The notes below the pieces were generated by a model, which ran no database searches, was not told the DNA's origin, and saw nothing but the letters and a program-made list of their open reading frames with translations. A program made the translations under genes and the position numbers. A stretch of 62,924 nucleotides of DNA, the filler included, from Bigelowiella natans CCMP2755 (Eukaryota > Protista > Cercozoa): assembly GCA_000320545.1 (NCBI GenBank). It is 8 parts of 8 records of this genome, joined end to end, with 100 filler letters (N's around TTAATTAATTAA, not from the genome) between each part and the next. Parts side by side here need not be neighbours in the genome. Positions count along the whole stretch, not along the records: positions 34,472 to 45,439 come from ADNK01003485.1; positions 45,540 to 49,957 come from ADNK01001147.1; positions 50,058 to 52,480 come from ADNK01003060.1; 5 more parts are not named here. The stretch is one strand, 5' to 3'. Positions 37,924 to 51,353 of this stretch are shown here, in pieces. Numbering within the stretch: the stretch's first letter is position 1; the number at the start of each line of letters is the position of its first letter.

Positions 37924-38977
37924 GTAAAGAAAGGAGAGACCGAAATCTCCATCCACCAGAATTAATGCATACTTATAATTTAACGACAGTGGAAATAAAT
38001 CATATCCAGAAGATATCCTATAATGCAGTTGCTCGTTTATTCACCCTTCCATCTATCATTCGACACAGGAGAAGCACATCATCATGATGTTCATCATCAT
38101 CACCACCACCATCATTATCATCAGTTGATTACGTATTGTTTATTCAACTGTTCTTTCAAGGCAGGCACACACCGCAGCTTTCTTACCTCCAGCTCACGAT
38201 TCGTCAAGAAGCCTTTCAGAGCGAATTTGAGGACTAGCCTGACTTCCTTGGCTCGCAACTTAGCTCTACGCCTTAGCTTGTCCATCTGTATGGCAAAATT
38301 GGAAGATGATAAGAAGCAATAACCAGACTTTGGGCGATATTTTATCGCTTCCCTCACTCGATTAGTCCTCACTTCGCAACATCTCTGCGCTGCACAGCTT
38401 GTTTGTAGCGGATGCTATTCTGTATTTCTATCGATATCTGAATACCGTCAACGATTTAGCTACGAAGCCTTCGGTGATTCGGGGAGCACGAAATCGTTTT
38501 CCCTTGCGCCCAAATTTCTTCTCACTGAACCCGGAATCTTCCTCGTCGTCTTCTAACTCGTTGCCTTTATGCTTCTTCTTCTTAGAAAAAAACGGAAAGC
38601 CCGAGCTGCTGCCAGCTTGTGTTTTTGCTGTAGCCAAGGAAGAGGAGGCCTCCTAAAGCCATGTGATTCATCAGCCATGATGATAATTTTTGGGACTCAG
38701 CAGCTCACCAAAAGTTACTGATCATCACCTGTGTTTCCTCTGATATCGATATTAAAGAGGGCCCCGTCTCATTTTTACCTCCTTCCACCAGAACCCTTGT
38801 GGTCAAATTGTGGATATGCCCATCTTCGCGGCCGTGTTTGACCCCTTTGAAAGTGCAACATTCACTTACTTTGCGCCAAAACGTGCGTCCATAGCATCAG
38901 CAGACATTCATAGTATTCCCACCTTGAGATGTAGAGAGAACCGCACTAGTACATAAAAATAGTAGGACCCCTCGCAT
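35040..38977 (-). CDS. Hypothetical secreted protein with Lys/Glu/Gly-rich low-complexity region, multi-exon, 3' end uncertain
   Basis: ATG at 38977 gives MRGVLLFLCTSAVLSTSQG (signal-like). Later exons include ASSSLATAK..RFRAPRITEGF, TLQDYYLNEDQKATLRK and MKDKRPKE..GKQPEG. Not all splice junctions were resolved. Confidence 0.55.
36802..36927. repeat. Perfect 63-bp tandem duplication (intronic)
   Basis: GCAACCTCCCTCTTC...CTAACTACTACT occurs twice head-to-tail. Confidence 0.9.
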
Positions 38978-39672
38978 CTGGCGTCCGGGAGAGAAGTTCC
39001 TCATTGGCATACCCGCAAAGCCGTCATGTGCCAAGGATCCTTCCCTGTTGAGTTCTGTCTTCAACTGGCTCTGCTGACTTTTACCGTATTTTAGGAAAAT
39101 AATTTTAATCGTTTTGTGGATGATGTTATGTCCAAATTTTCAACCCCTGGCTTTTGGAGCGCCTCGGACGGATGGGGTCGCAAGAAGCTTTTGTTCAATA
39201 ATGTCTGCTTAATTTTCGTCCTAGCGCGAATTATGTCGAGAAGAGGAATTCAAAAATTCAAAATCTTGAAAATCAGGGATTTCTATGTATGGCCAGGCAA
39301 TATCCGCTATTATGCAATTTAGGAAGAATACCGCGATGTTTTCGGAGTGCGCCATTAAAATAAAGAAGATTTTGTTTGACCAAATTTTACACCGAATCTA
39401 ACGGAAGGAGCATCATTTATTCAAAACTTTGAATTCGTAGTCCTTTACCATGTTAATAATGCCTGTTTTTCATGTCGTAGATGAAAATTGCATTGTTATT
39501 TTGGTTTACGTTGAATACCGTACGTCATTGCATCATCATTCACCCCCCCCCACTCGCCATCCTCGGTTGGGACGACGGAGGAGGGAATACGTGGTCATAA
39601 ATACTCCAACAATCAAAGACTAAGGGGTGCGAAGAGTTGTTCGTTGAAAGGGCCCCAGCGGCGGCTGAAGAA

Positions 39673-40433
39673 ATGATGGCGTCGATAGCTGGAGGCAACG
39701 TCTCTGCCTCTCCTAGTTATGTCTCACGCCTTCAGAAGGAGCTCAAGGCAGCGCTGGAGGCGGAGCACAAAACAGAGCTGCATTGTCTGGAATTAGAAGA
39801 CGAAGTAAGTTCCATCTAAAAATAAGTGGGCGAGGTCAAGTGGATTGAACACTTTCTGCTGTTTAGGTTCACGAGATGCACGAGAAACTGATCAAGACGG
39901 AAAGCGATTTCTTCGAGTTGAAACACGAAAAGCGTGTGCAGGTTAGTGGCCCAAAATATAATTTTATTAATTTGTTTTTAAGTCGGTACAAAATCGTGTG
40001 AGAGTGTAGCACGGTATCAACATATATTTGCCATTGCCTAGTAATAAATGTAAATCGTCGAGATGCAAAAACAATTAATACATAAATGTTCTGCCATAGG
40101 ACTCGAAGAATGAAGCAAAGCTGCGAGCAAAACTTAGAGCCCTTGAAAAAGCAAACGAAGAGGCGAAGAAACAATTGTGCGAACGGACGGCGAAGATAGA
40201 GAATCTTACACAAGATATGGAAAAGGTAGGTCTGATGATTAGCTGAATATCGCTTTTCATTCAATGCTGCAACGAGGATGATTCCACGAATAAAACATGG
40301 AAGCTTTGTTGGACTGATAAGTAACCCTTTCTATGAGCAGCTCGAGAGGACAAACGAAGAAGCAAAGAAGCAGCTGCAGGATAGGGAGAGCAAGATTGAT
40401 ACTCTGGAGCAGAAGTTGCAAAAGGTGAAATTT

Positions 40434-40482
<49 letters not shown>

Positions 40483-40924
40483 CAACAACAAAATTAAGGT
40501 TTCGTTCCTTTTATCCTACCGATGCTCACCCCATTTACCCCACACTCCATAATCCCCCCCCCCTCCCAAATGCAGAAGAGTGATAGCGAATCGAAGGCAG
40601 TGTCAGAATGTAGAGAACTGGAATCGAAGGTGAATTCATCCTCATCTGCGTTGCAATCAGTATTCTAACACATCAACAAGCTAGTGCGCTATATAAATGG
40701 CCAAAACCATATGAAATTGATATAAGCTGTGCTGCCGACAATTCAGTCCTCACACGCTCTCTGGGACGATATATCTTATCACCTGATGCTGCTGATGGAT
40801 TTGCCGATGATTTCGCGTGTGTAGGTCGAATCGCTCAAGAAGGGTATGGATGATGCGAAAGCCCAGCTCGTTCGCCAGGCCGATGAAAGTGAGCAGAAGA
40901 TGGAGTCGAAGACCAACGAGAGAA

Positions 40925-40980
<56 letters not shown>

Positions 40981-41367
40981 CGAGATAGATGCGAAAGGGA
41001 AAAGAATGAGATAACGATGACGATGACAGAAATAAGAATGATGATGGTAGCAATGATAGCTATTCGTTAAGGAGTGGTGGCGAAGCACACAACAGCTTCC
41101 CATTCGCTCAAAGCCCACCATCTCCATTCGTCTGTTTTGACACAGTCATCCCCACCACCACCATCATCATTATCATCATCATCATCATCACGATAACAAT
41201 TGCTTTGCTCACAGTGAATGCCGCGTTGGAAGCAGCCAAGGAAACTAGGGAGAAAGAAGAAAACACCCGTATCAAGGAGTTGGAATCTGAGATTGCCACC
41301 CTGCGAGAGCGGGCTGAAAAGGCTGAAGGAGAAGCTGAGGATGCTAATCTTGCTACCTCGCGGGTAA

Positions 41368-41406
<39 letters not shown>

Positions 41407-43540
41407 AACTATAAAGTCTTCGTTCTCATTCTTATTGTTTCTGTTAAATCGGAGCAATGCGACACGACTTTTGAAACGAGCAGTTGCGACGGAATGAGGG
41501 CGTTCCGAAGATATATCATTATCCCTTCTACCCCGCTCTCCTGATCTCTCTCCCTCTTTCTCCCCCCCCCCCCCCCCCCTTCCCTCGACTTCCTCCTAGA
41601 TTCGCAGCGAATCTCAGCATAACGCCTCCGTGCTCGAAAATAAGCACAATTCGGTGGCCGAGGCTCTGCAGGAAGAGCGCCGAGCGAAGGTAGCAATCAG
41701 TGTGTTCGGCGGTGATGATTGCTTGAAATCCTTGATGATGATGATGCTGCTGCATGCGCCAAGAATAGACGGCCAGTGATATCAGAGAATCATCATGGCC
41801 CACTCATCCTCCCCCCCTCCCCCCTCCCTCCCCACTAGGCGGCATTAGAAGAATCTCTGAGCACGGAGAAGGAGGAGAGGGCGCAGCAGGTGAAGGGGCT
41901 AGAAAGTAAGGTTGAGCAGAGCCAGAAGCGCCTCACGGGCTTTAAGAAGGTCATTGCTAAGTTCAAGTTGGCTCTCACAAGCCATCAAAAGGTCATTATT
42001 CTGTCAAAACATTACTATCAAGAAAGAGCAGCCTTGCTATTGTTTATAAGAGCGGGAAAATCGGAGCCAGTGCCTCTCAAAACCGTTAGATCATTATCCC
42101 TAGAGTGAACGTGAAACTGCTCTTTGGCACGATCGTTGGCAAAAACTGCTCACATACATATTCAGTCAATAAAAGAGCTGCAAGGCCAAAAGGCAGGCCT
42201 GGAGGCCACGCTTGAGAGGACAAAGGACGAGCAGGAAACGTACAAAAAGGAAGAAGCGTCTCGTCTAGAGGCGGCTGTTGGTAATAATTACTTTAATACC
42301 GCATCTTGCATCACACACACACACACACACACAAAGAGCACATGCCGATAATAACCGCAACTAAGTATACCTCCTACTACTCTCGATATTATGCCGATGC
42401 CCCCCCCCCCCCCCCCTCTGCCCTTTAGGCAATGTACAAGTTAAATTGGAGAACTTCATTTTGAACCTTCGGGCAGAGCTTGACCGAGCCAATGCACAGG
42501 GGCTCGAGCTCAAAACAGGGAAGGCCCAACCCCCCGGGGAGAGCGAGAAGATGGCCAAAAACTACTCCAGAGTAGAGGAAGCAGTTGGTAATGAATACAC
42601 TTATAACAGCTTTGAGCCCCCCCCCCCCCCCCCCTGCTTCACAGGCTTTGCAAAGCTAACGAAGCTTTCCACAACCCCCCCCTTTAATGCAGGCAATGCC
42701 CAAGAAAAATCGGAGGAGCTCATCTTAAATCTCCGTGCAGAAGTTGACCGCGCAAACGCTCAGGTACGCAGCCTTGAAGCAGAGAAGAAACTTGTCCAGG
42801 AGAAATGCAAGGAGACGTTACTACTTGTGCGCGAAACTGCCACCTCTACTACTACTGCTGCTCCTGCTACTGCCAACAGCGCTTTAGATGACAACGCTTC
42901 CTCCCCCGCGAATGGGTGGGGCCAGGAGGAGGATGGAGGACTCGATGCGCTCCTTGGTGGGGAGGGGGATCAGGAAGATGATGGTAGTGAAAATAAGTCT
43001 GTGGAAGTAAAGGATGGAGGGGAGGACACGACAACCGCAGCTGCGGCAGTTTCTGCAGTGTACCAAGCCGTGCAAGCGGAAATGGCGAAGAGAGGCCAAA
43101 TGATAGACGAGCTCACAGGGAATATAAAGGCCTTGGAGGACCGCGTGAAGGCTCTCTCCGACACCGAATCCGTGCTGACGGAGAGGGTGGCGGCGGCGGA
43201 GAAGGAGGGGGAGGAGGAGAAGGAGGATCGGAAGAAGGCCTTACAGGCTCTTCAAGATGAGCTTGACTCGGCCAACGACAAGCTCCGCAAGTTGGGAGAC
43301 GAGAAGGAGTTAAGCGAGAAGAAGTACACGGATGTGGCGGAGCAGTTCCAGAACCTGCAGAAGGCTCAAAAGGCCGGTACGCAGGAGGAGCCCATGCTCC
43401 GCGCAAATATGCAGCATGCGACATGTTGTAGATCGATGGAGTACACGGCTGCTGTGCATGCTGCAGCATATTGTGTGCGCGCGAACCTTTACGTATGAAT
43501 CAATGTCCATCGTACACACACACACACACCAAACACAATA

Positions 43541-43582
<42 letters not shown>

Positions 43583-44230
43583 GCTTTTGAAACACACGTG
43601 CTTGGCTAACGTGTCGATCCCCCCCCGGGTCTCCCCGTATTTATTTTGACAGCGGAGATTGAGAAAAATGACGCGAAAAAGAATGTGGAAGAAGCCCGGG
43701 TGAAAGAGCTGAATGAGAAGAACGAGGTGCTCAAGGGCCGACTCGATGCCTTGATGGATGTCGAGCAGCGACTGACGGTAAGTTGAATGACGATGCGTGC
43801 TCACAAAAAACCCATGGCAGCATGTATATAAACGGATAGTGTTGGTATTGGAACACAGCAACAACAACAACAACATCATCATCAACAACAACAACAACGC
43901 ATAGGAAGCGATGTCGATGCGGGTAAAGTTGGAAACACAGGTTTGTGATTATGATCATCATCATCATCATCATCATCATCAGTAGTAGTATGGTCATCAT
44001 CATCATCATCATCAGTTTGGATACTCCATCCTCCCTCTGCTACATTTGTAACGATTCGCCCCCCCCCCCTCCCGCCCTTCGTGTTGTTTTCACGCTTTGT
44101 TTGTCAGGTCGCAACCCTCGATCAGGACCTCGCGAGCGCTAGGAAGGAAGGAGAGTCGCTTACGAAGACCGTGAGCACGCTAGAAGAGGTAGGAGGCGAC
44201 GTAATGATAATGATATTAATGCTGCTGCTA

Positions 44231-44284
<54 letters not shown>

Positions 44285-45089
44285 AGAGCAAGAATAATGG
44301 CCATACTGGAAGTGGTGTTTTTAGCTGTTAGTGGTACATCGGTCCCCTACTCGCAGATCATCATCATTGGGCACATGGCGGTCGTCGTCACCGCCATCGT
44401 GCCCACCTCCCCATCGTTTCTTCGTTTGCATTCCCGCGTGTGGAAAATAGGAACATACAATAAGAACAACACCAACAATAACAACGATCAGTCAATCAGT
44501 CTACCAATCAACCAATCAGTCAAAACAGTAATGACAACAACGAACAATGATAATACACCGCCAGACTTTATCCATGCGTGATACGTCGTTGTCCCAACTC
44601 AAGAAAGAGAAGGCTGATTTAGCGGAGAAGCTCCTCGCGGCGGAAAGCGCATCTTCTCCCGGCGACGGTGTTGATAAAAAGGAAGGAGAGCAAAAAATAG
44701 CTGCCAGTAATGATGCTACCGATGGGGCAGGAAAGAACAAGAGTGCGACCTCTTCTGGGTGGGGAGATGAAGGTATTCTTTCTTTTCTTCTTCCTTTCTC
44801 ACTTTCAACCAGACACATGTGCATACATAATAACAACAACACAACACTAATCCCCCCCCCCCCCCCCTTTTTTTCTCCCTGAAGGCGGAGGGTTGGACGA
44901 TCTTCTCAAGGGCGGAGAGAGCAACGAAGGAGGGGGCAGCGCAGTTGAGAACGGGGAAAAGGGTGATGGCGATGGCGATGGTGAGAGGCTTGAAAAAGCC
45001 AATAGGAAGATAGAGCTCTTGAAGGGACGCAACAAGAAGCTCAAGGGCAGGGTGAAAGAGATGCAAACCCAGGTCACAGCAGCACGATA

Positions 45090-45165
<76 letters not shown>

Positions 45166-45365
45166 TGTGTACACAAGTACTAGCGTAGCAATGCATCTAA
45201 CCCTAACACTTTGCCTCCCCCACCACGTCCTCCTCCTGTGCCCCCCCCTTCTTATTACAACTGCGGGCTCAGGTGGCGACCCTTAGACATCGCTTGAAGG
45301 AGCAGGAGAGGAAATCAGCAGCAGCGGCAGAAGTGGCAGCTCTACCGCACACGCTGGAGGAGGGG
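39673..45365 (+). CDS. Long coiled-coil protein (golgin/tether-like), many exons, 3' truncated
   Basis: Heptad-rich E/K/L exons from MMASIAGG..RLQKELKAALEAE to LEKANRKIELLKGRNKKLKGRVKEMQTQ, with consistent GT-AG boundaries. Confidence 0.75.
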
Positions 45366-45389
45366 TAAGTTGAAAGACTTCGTGCTTCC

Positions 45390-45422
<33 letters not shown>

Positions 45423-45762
45423 TATGTGCCGTCGTCAATNNNNNNNNNNNNNNNNNNNNNNNNNNNNNNNNNNNNNNNNNNNNTTAATTAATTAANNNNN
45501 NNNNNNNNNNNNNNNNNNNNNNNNNNNNNNNNNNNNNNNGGGGGGGGTAAGGCGTAGGACTTGTAAGACAAATTCGCATGATACTTCAAAACGTAATAGC
45601 GATATTTCAGACAAAGTATTTGCAACGTCATCGTGAGTGCGTTTTCGAGCGAGAATGCTTCATGCGATTGCTCAAACTATGAGCACGTCGCGCAAACGTC
45701 GCAACATCCCGCGCTGCTGCTGCTGTTGTTTCATGACTAAAAACCGAACTGCATTGATGTAG

Positions 45763-45990
45763 GTATTGCACGAAAGCGCTGGATCATCTCGTCCATATGC
45801 CCCCGGCACGAGCCCAGACGTGCCTCGTGAAAGTCATCAAGTATCTCTTCAAAGCTGACAAGATAGATCCGAAGCAGCAAGAGACCCTCACGAAACTCGC
45901 GCACCATAACAAGGTTGCATTTGCATCGTTCTGGGTTGCTCGCACAGAATAAAGCTTCGCCTATTAGCATATCGCATAATGCCTTTTTAC

Positions 45991-46032
<42 letters not shown>

Positions 46033-46429
46033 TCTTTCTTTCTTGAAGCGTGTGTGGACAACGTCTGGATAGACGGAGTCTGTGCTGGCGACGAGAGAGC
46101 ACGTCTGGGGATTTGCGTGTCCATCCATGTTAAAAACGTGGGAGACGTTCCTATTTTTCTTTCTTTGGGTTGTATATTTTTTTTCCACGTTTTTCTGAAA
46201 TCAACTTTGTCGGCATGTCGCTAGGGGGGTGACGGAACTCAGAGCGCGCCCTCGAGCTCAATCATGATGTTCATGAGGAGGGTTATCGAGCAAATAAGCG
46301 AGGGAAAAGACATCAACAAGATTGAAGTCGATGATTCGCAGCAAGAGGATCCTGAGTATGTTTTTGTGAGTTTTAATGTACTCGCACAAAGCACACATAC
46401 AAGACTACACCACACACACAGACACACAC

Positions 46430-46470
<41 letters not shown>

Positions 46471-47839
46471 CACTCACATCAACCAAAAAATGGAGAAACT
46501 ACTATCATACCTCGTCTCCACGACCCGCCATTCTAATCCCTCTCCGACCCCTCCCCTGCGACTTTTTATCGCGCGTAGATTCAAAGAAGCTATGCTCGAG
46601 ATCTCCGATGTGATTGAGAAGTTTGAGCTTGCGGACGACTCAAACGACACAGCAGCAACAACAGAGAAGCGCACGGCAGCGCCCAAGAACTCCGCCTCCT
46701 CCGGAACAACTCTCGTGTCTCGCAAGCTGCACTCAACGATAGATACTTCTGCAGATTCGCTGAGCAATCTCCTCCGGGCTAGGAGCAGCAGTCGGCCGAG
46801 GAAGCGCTCGCCTCCAAAGATGAGAGCCAGGTTCATCTCGCGTCATCATCATCATCGCAGCTGGCGTGGCGTCGTCGGCGAGATTCGAACGAAAATACAG
46901 GCGGTTTTTGTCTTTCGCGATGCGATTGTTTTCCTTTTTCGCGGGACAAAATGCCACCGTGCTCTTTAGTAGAAACCCCAGAGCGGTTGAGAGCAGGCCA
47001 ATGGAAGGATAAACTTTCCTAAAAGAGGGGGCATGCATGAAATGCAAAGCCTCTACCATAAAACGCGGCTGAAATAAATTTTGCATTACACAGCTTTCTG
47101 TTAAGAATTAGGATTTTTGCAAGATTTCTCAGAAGATTTTCATTCATTTGTAACGCCATCCCCTCCACCAACACGGTTGCCTTGTTTCTTCGATCGGCCG
47201 TCGTCGTCGTCGTCGTTTGCTCATTACAGATCTCCGCAATCTCGGGCGACAAGCGGGTCCCCGCACCGTAACAGCAGCGAATCCAACTCAAGAAGAACTT
47301 CACGGGCGAGCTCTCCGGGGGGGGGGTTGAAGCGTGTCTCCGCCCTCAAAAAAGAACACACCGGCATCAAAGCTGCAGGACTGGCGATGTCGTTCGTTAT
47401 AGGTCGCCTCAATAACAACCCACATGCGAAGTCCCCTCACAGCAGCCCGAAGGCTGCGCAAACTAGGAAGCACAACATGGATCTTTTCAAAGGCACCGCA
47501 AAGTCGGTCACTGCCTTCGCTCGCGCCGCGAGGCGGCGCGCAAGTTTGCGAAGGAGTAGTGGCTTGTCGCTGCAGCAGGCGCAACCGATTCGGCACAGCA
47601 ATAGAAGCACTCCGAGGAGGAAGACGAGCAACAGCAGATCCCCTCGTGCTCTGCTCACGCAGCAGCAGCACAGGGGTGGGGGCGGAGGGGCGTTCACGCT
47701 TCCTAAAGCCGTGAATCCGGCAGCAGGGAGGGGGGCTTTGGGTGGTAGCAGTAGCAGTACAGAGCCGGCAGGACATCGCCATCCAGATGCAGCGAAGGAG
47801 GTTGATGTCCGATTGCCTCCGATTGTAAAGAACAGATGA
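45763..47839 (+). CDS. Hypothetical protein, 3' part with Ser/Arg-rich disordered tail
   Basis: Exons YCTKALDHLVHM..KLAHHNK and MFMRRVIEQISEG..DPE|FKEAMLEISDVIEKF, plus a terminal exon ending VRLPPIVKNR* at 47839. Confidence 0.5.
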
Positions 47840-49271
47840 ACAGCCCTAGAGCCGTGACCGATGGTTGCAACATGTGTTGCATGTACGTACTCACAACACC
47901 CATCACTGCAAAACGCTTTATCAACTGCTGCAAAGAAGGTTTTGCTTGTTGCGCACATTACATGTGCGGAACAAGGTGGATCATGGTTGTTCATCAGCTG
48001 CTAGTCAACACCAAACTGCAGATGAATCCATGATGGGGCGTCATGCACTGCGCGCGCATGCTTGCAAGCATGCACACACAGCACATCGTGCAATGCAAGC
48101 ATGTGTTGCCATGCCAATGGTGACGTTCAGCTATCTAGCTGCAGCTGCGATCTTTGGTGGACCACATTATAACATAACATCTCGCTTGAACAATGGCTAG
48201 AGTCTAGCAGTGCCTGATTAGCGATGTGCAACTTTGCATTGTGATGATGTCAACTTGGTTCATGTTTCATGCATGCGTGCATGTGTGTCATGCTGATGAC
48301 GTGTCTAGGTGTGCACCTGTCTAGCTAGCTGTCGTGCACGTGATCAAGTAAGCTGCGCGAGTAGCGCGCATGACAAAATCTAGAAATGCCCCAGTGTCAT
48401 GTATGCGTGCTCTATCTCATGTATGCGCATGCATGCATCGCATGCTAGCATACGGCATACTAGCATACATGCTTTAGCATTTGCTATTGCGCGGTTTCGG
48501 AGCGATTGCTCATTACATGCACATTGCACGCCCGGCTAGCCGGCTTCGGGCCATGCATATCGTATCACATGGTGTCATTGCATGCCTCGTAATTGTGTGC
48601 GTGTGGAGACCTATATCGATAGATGACATGTACGCATGTACGTGGCTATTGTTTGCAGCAAGCGCATGCCACAACAATTGCCCACGCGTGCATGCCGTGC
48701 GCGCGTTCCACATGCACGTGAGAGCTTCGCATGCAAGAAGAGTTTATTAGCTAGCTCTAGAACCGAGCGAACATGGGCCTCCCATTAATTGTTGCATGCT
48801 AGCATATGAAATCTGCATGCAAGCACTTGTTTAGCTGACACGAACTTGCGGTGTGCAGTGTATAGTTACGTATACGCCATGGTAATTGTGCATGGACAAT
48901 AGACATACGTATATATCATTGTCGTACACTGCATGCGCACATCATGATCTTTGCGCTATTCGACATAGTGGCCTAGCAGAATGCGCCCGAATGGTTGCTC
49001 ACATAGCTTAGATAGCCTCGCTCCGCACGCCACATCAGATTGCCATGTTTTGACTCTTATACTCTATCATAGTGCGTATTAGTCTATACACGCCGCGCTT
49101 GAGAATATATAACACAAGGCATGAGCATATATCTCCATATATCTACATATGTATAAATATGTGTATATATACTTCGTGGTAATAAAAATTAAATCCAAAT
49201 TGCCGCCAACAGCAACTACACGTACAAATAAGTCAACTTAATCAACCTGATCTCGAGCTGCTTGGTAGCCA

Positions 49272-49763
49272 CTAGCTTCTCTCTCCGAGCCGGAACGAGT
49301 GGAAAGAAGTGATTTCGAGCGATTTCTGCGACGACCTACAATCGCCGTATGTACACGTAAGAAGTGCGACTGCTATATTTCGCAAGAAGAGCTGATGAGA
49401 TATATGAAGGCCAACATGCACGCATTTACGCGGGTGTGTGTTGCTGCTGTTCAATCGTGATCTCACCCCATCTTTTTTGCCTCCGTTTGCAGCAGCTTCT
49501 TCACAGTTGGCGCGCTGTCAGTGCCCTATTCGTGTAATTAATATTCGTCACATTTCGAGCGAAAATCCTTCAAAACGAGCAACTGAAGTCGCTATGACTA
49601 CTACTACTACTACTTCTTCTTCTTCTTCTTCTCCTTCCACCCCCTACTTCTCCTATGAAATGTTCAGTGCTTTTGAGTGATGCGGTTGACGTACATCGTG
49701 TATTAGATAGGTTTGCTCTAGAAGGCACGTCTCGTTGTAAAATTTCTGCATTCTCCCTTTCAC
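49272..49763 (-). CDS. tsf: Elongation factor Ts (organellar), last three exons
   Basis: Exons 49763-49695, 49525-49467 and 49335-49272 splice in phase to VKGRMQKFYNETCLLEQTYLIHDGTDSAPTVKKLLQTEAKKMGSSQKSLEITSFHSFRLGERS*, the EF-Ts C-terminal pattern. Confidence 0.85.
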
Positions 49764-50158
49764 CTGCGACAAATAGACAAGATTAGAATTAGGAGGAGGT
49801 GCAGAAGTTGAGTCAAGGAGAGGAAGGATGGCGGCGGGGGGGGGGGGGGGGGGGGGGGGGGGAAACCCCTTCGGCCCACCCTTTTTTGTGACCCCATTTC
49901 AGGGTTTGCCTGCTAGGGGGGGATTTCGGTCGAAAAAAAGATAGGGGGTTTTTTTCCNNNNNNNNNNNNNNNNNNNNNNNNNNNNNNNNNNNNNNNNNNN
50001 NTTAATTAATTAANNNNNNNNNNNNNNNNNNNNNNNNNNNNNNNNNNNNNNNNNNNNCTCGATCTCTATCTAGCTCTCATATATATATAGTGTGTAGTGT
50101 GTGTGTGTGTGTGTGTGTGTGTTGTTCGTCGTACTGCGTGCGACGTGTCGGGTCGGTC

Positions 50159-50193
<35 letters not shown>

Positions 50194-50212
50194 GCACAAT
50201 GTTGTTCTACAG

Positions 50213-50556
50213 GATATAGAATGGACGATGATCTGGACGATGTTGTGTCTGATGACGACGATGATGACGAGGAGGAAGATGATGATGATGATGATTTTCA
50301 AGGTCCTGCCTTTGCCCCCTCCCCTTCCTCTTCCTCCCTTCTCTTCCTATCGCTCTCTTCTATATATTTCGAGGAATTCGCTTGGTTTGGTCTGATAAAA
50401 AGCCAGAGACAAACAACGGCATTTTCATTGATTATATGAAAATGCTGTTTCTTTTCGTGGTTATTCCGAATAACCAACGTATCACAAATAACCGCAGAGC
50501 CGAAGCCGGTAAAAGAAAGGAAGAAAAGGAAAAAGGGAAGAGGAATGCGCGTGTAG
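50213..50556 (+). CDS. 3' end of an unknown gene (acidic tract then basic tail)
   Basis: Exon MDDDLDDVVSDDDDDDEEEDDDD and a putative last exon PKPVKERKKRKKGRGMRV*. Confidence 0.35.
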
Positions 50557-51185
50557 TGCCGTGCGCTTTCACAAGGCGATGTATAAGCGTATACGTTACA
50601 CATAAGATGCATTCAGTTATCGACTTATTTACATATACTTCTCCCGTATGGCCTAGATAGGCATTGTCGTCTGTGCGCACATTCCATCGATTCATGGCGC
50701 ACTGGCCAAATTATAAGTCGTTGCATGGCGGTGTTCATTTCATGTAGTCATCTAGATCATGCTCCCTAACGGCAGGTGAATGCCTAAGCCATGCCATACC
50801 AGCATGTGATGGCCATGATGCATGTTGTTCCGTGCTCCAGCTACTAGGCTAGCAATGGCTAGCTGGGGCGCATGCAGAGTTTCTTTGCATGCAAAAATCA
50901 ATGTACGCGCGCAAGTGCGCTTAGACAGCTCGGCTTTCTAGCCGTGCAGTCAGTCTAGCTAGACCAACCACCAATGTCATGTAGCCTAGCTAGTGCAGAT
51001 AAGCTACAAAGCGCACTCTGCTAGCCTGCATCCTAACATATATCTAGATGTACACTTCAGAACATGTGTAACATGGGTCATGTGTGCTTTTGTGCGTGTG
51101 TGTTCATTGGCACACGTGTGGGTAAGAACACACATCTAGACATGTGCAACGCCATGTGTTGCTAGGAACACGTGAAGGTACATCA

Positions 51186-51273
51186 TATTGTTTCCACATG
51201 CATGGTGTAGCATTGAGTTACAAGTCCCGTATTGTTTCCACATGCATGGTGTAGCATTGAGTTACAAGTCCCG
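51186..51273. repeat. Perfect 44-bp tandem duplication
   Basis: TATTGTTTCCACATGCATGGTGTAGCATTGAGTTACAAGTCCCG occurs twice. Confidence 0.9.
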
Positions 51274-51353
51274 CAACACCGCAGATGGCTACAAGGATAG
51301 ATTTGCATTGTCTTGATCATGTTGTAAAATTGTCATCAATGAAGCACGTGCCA

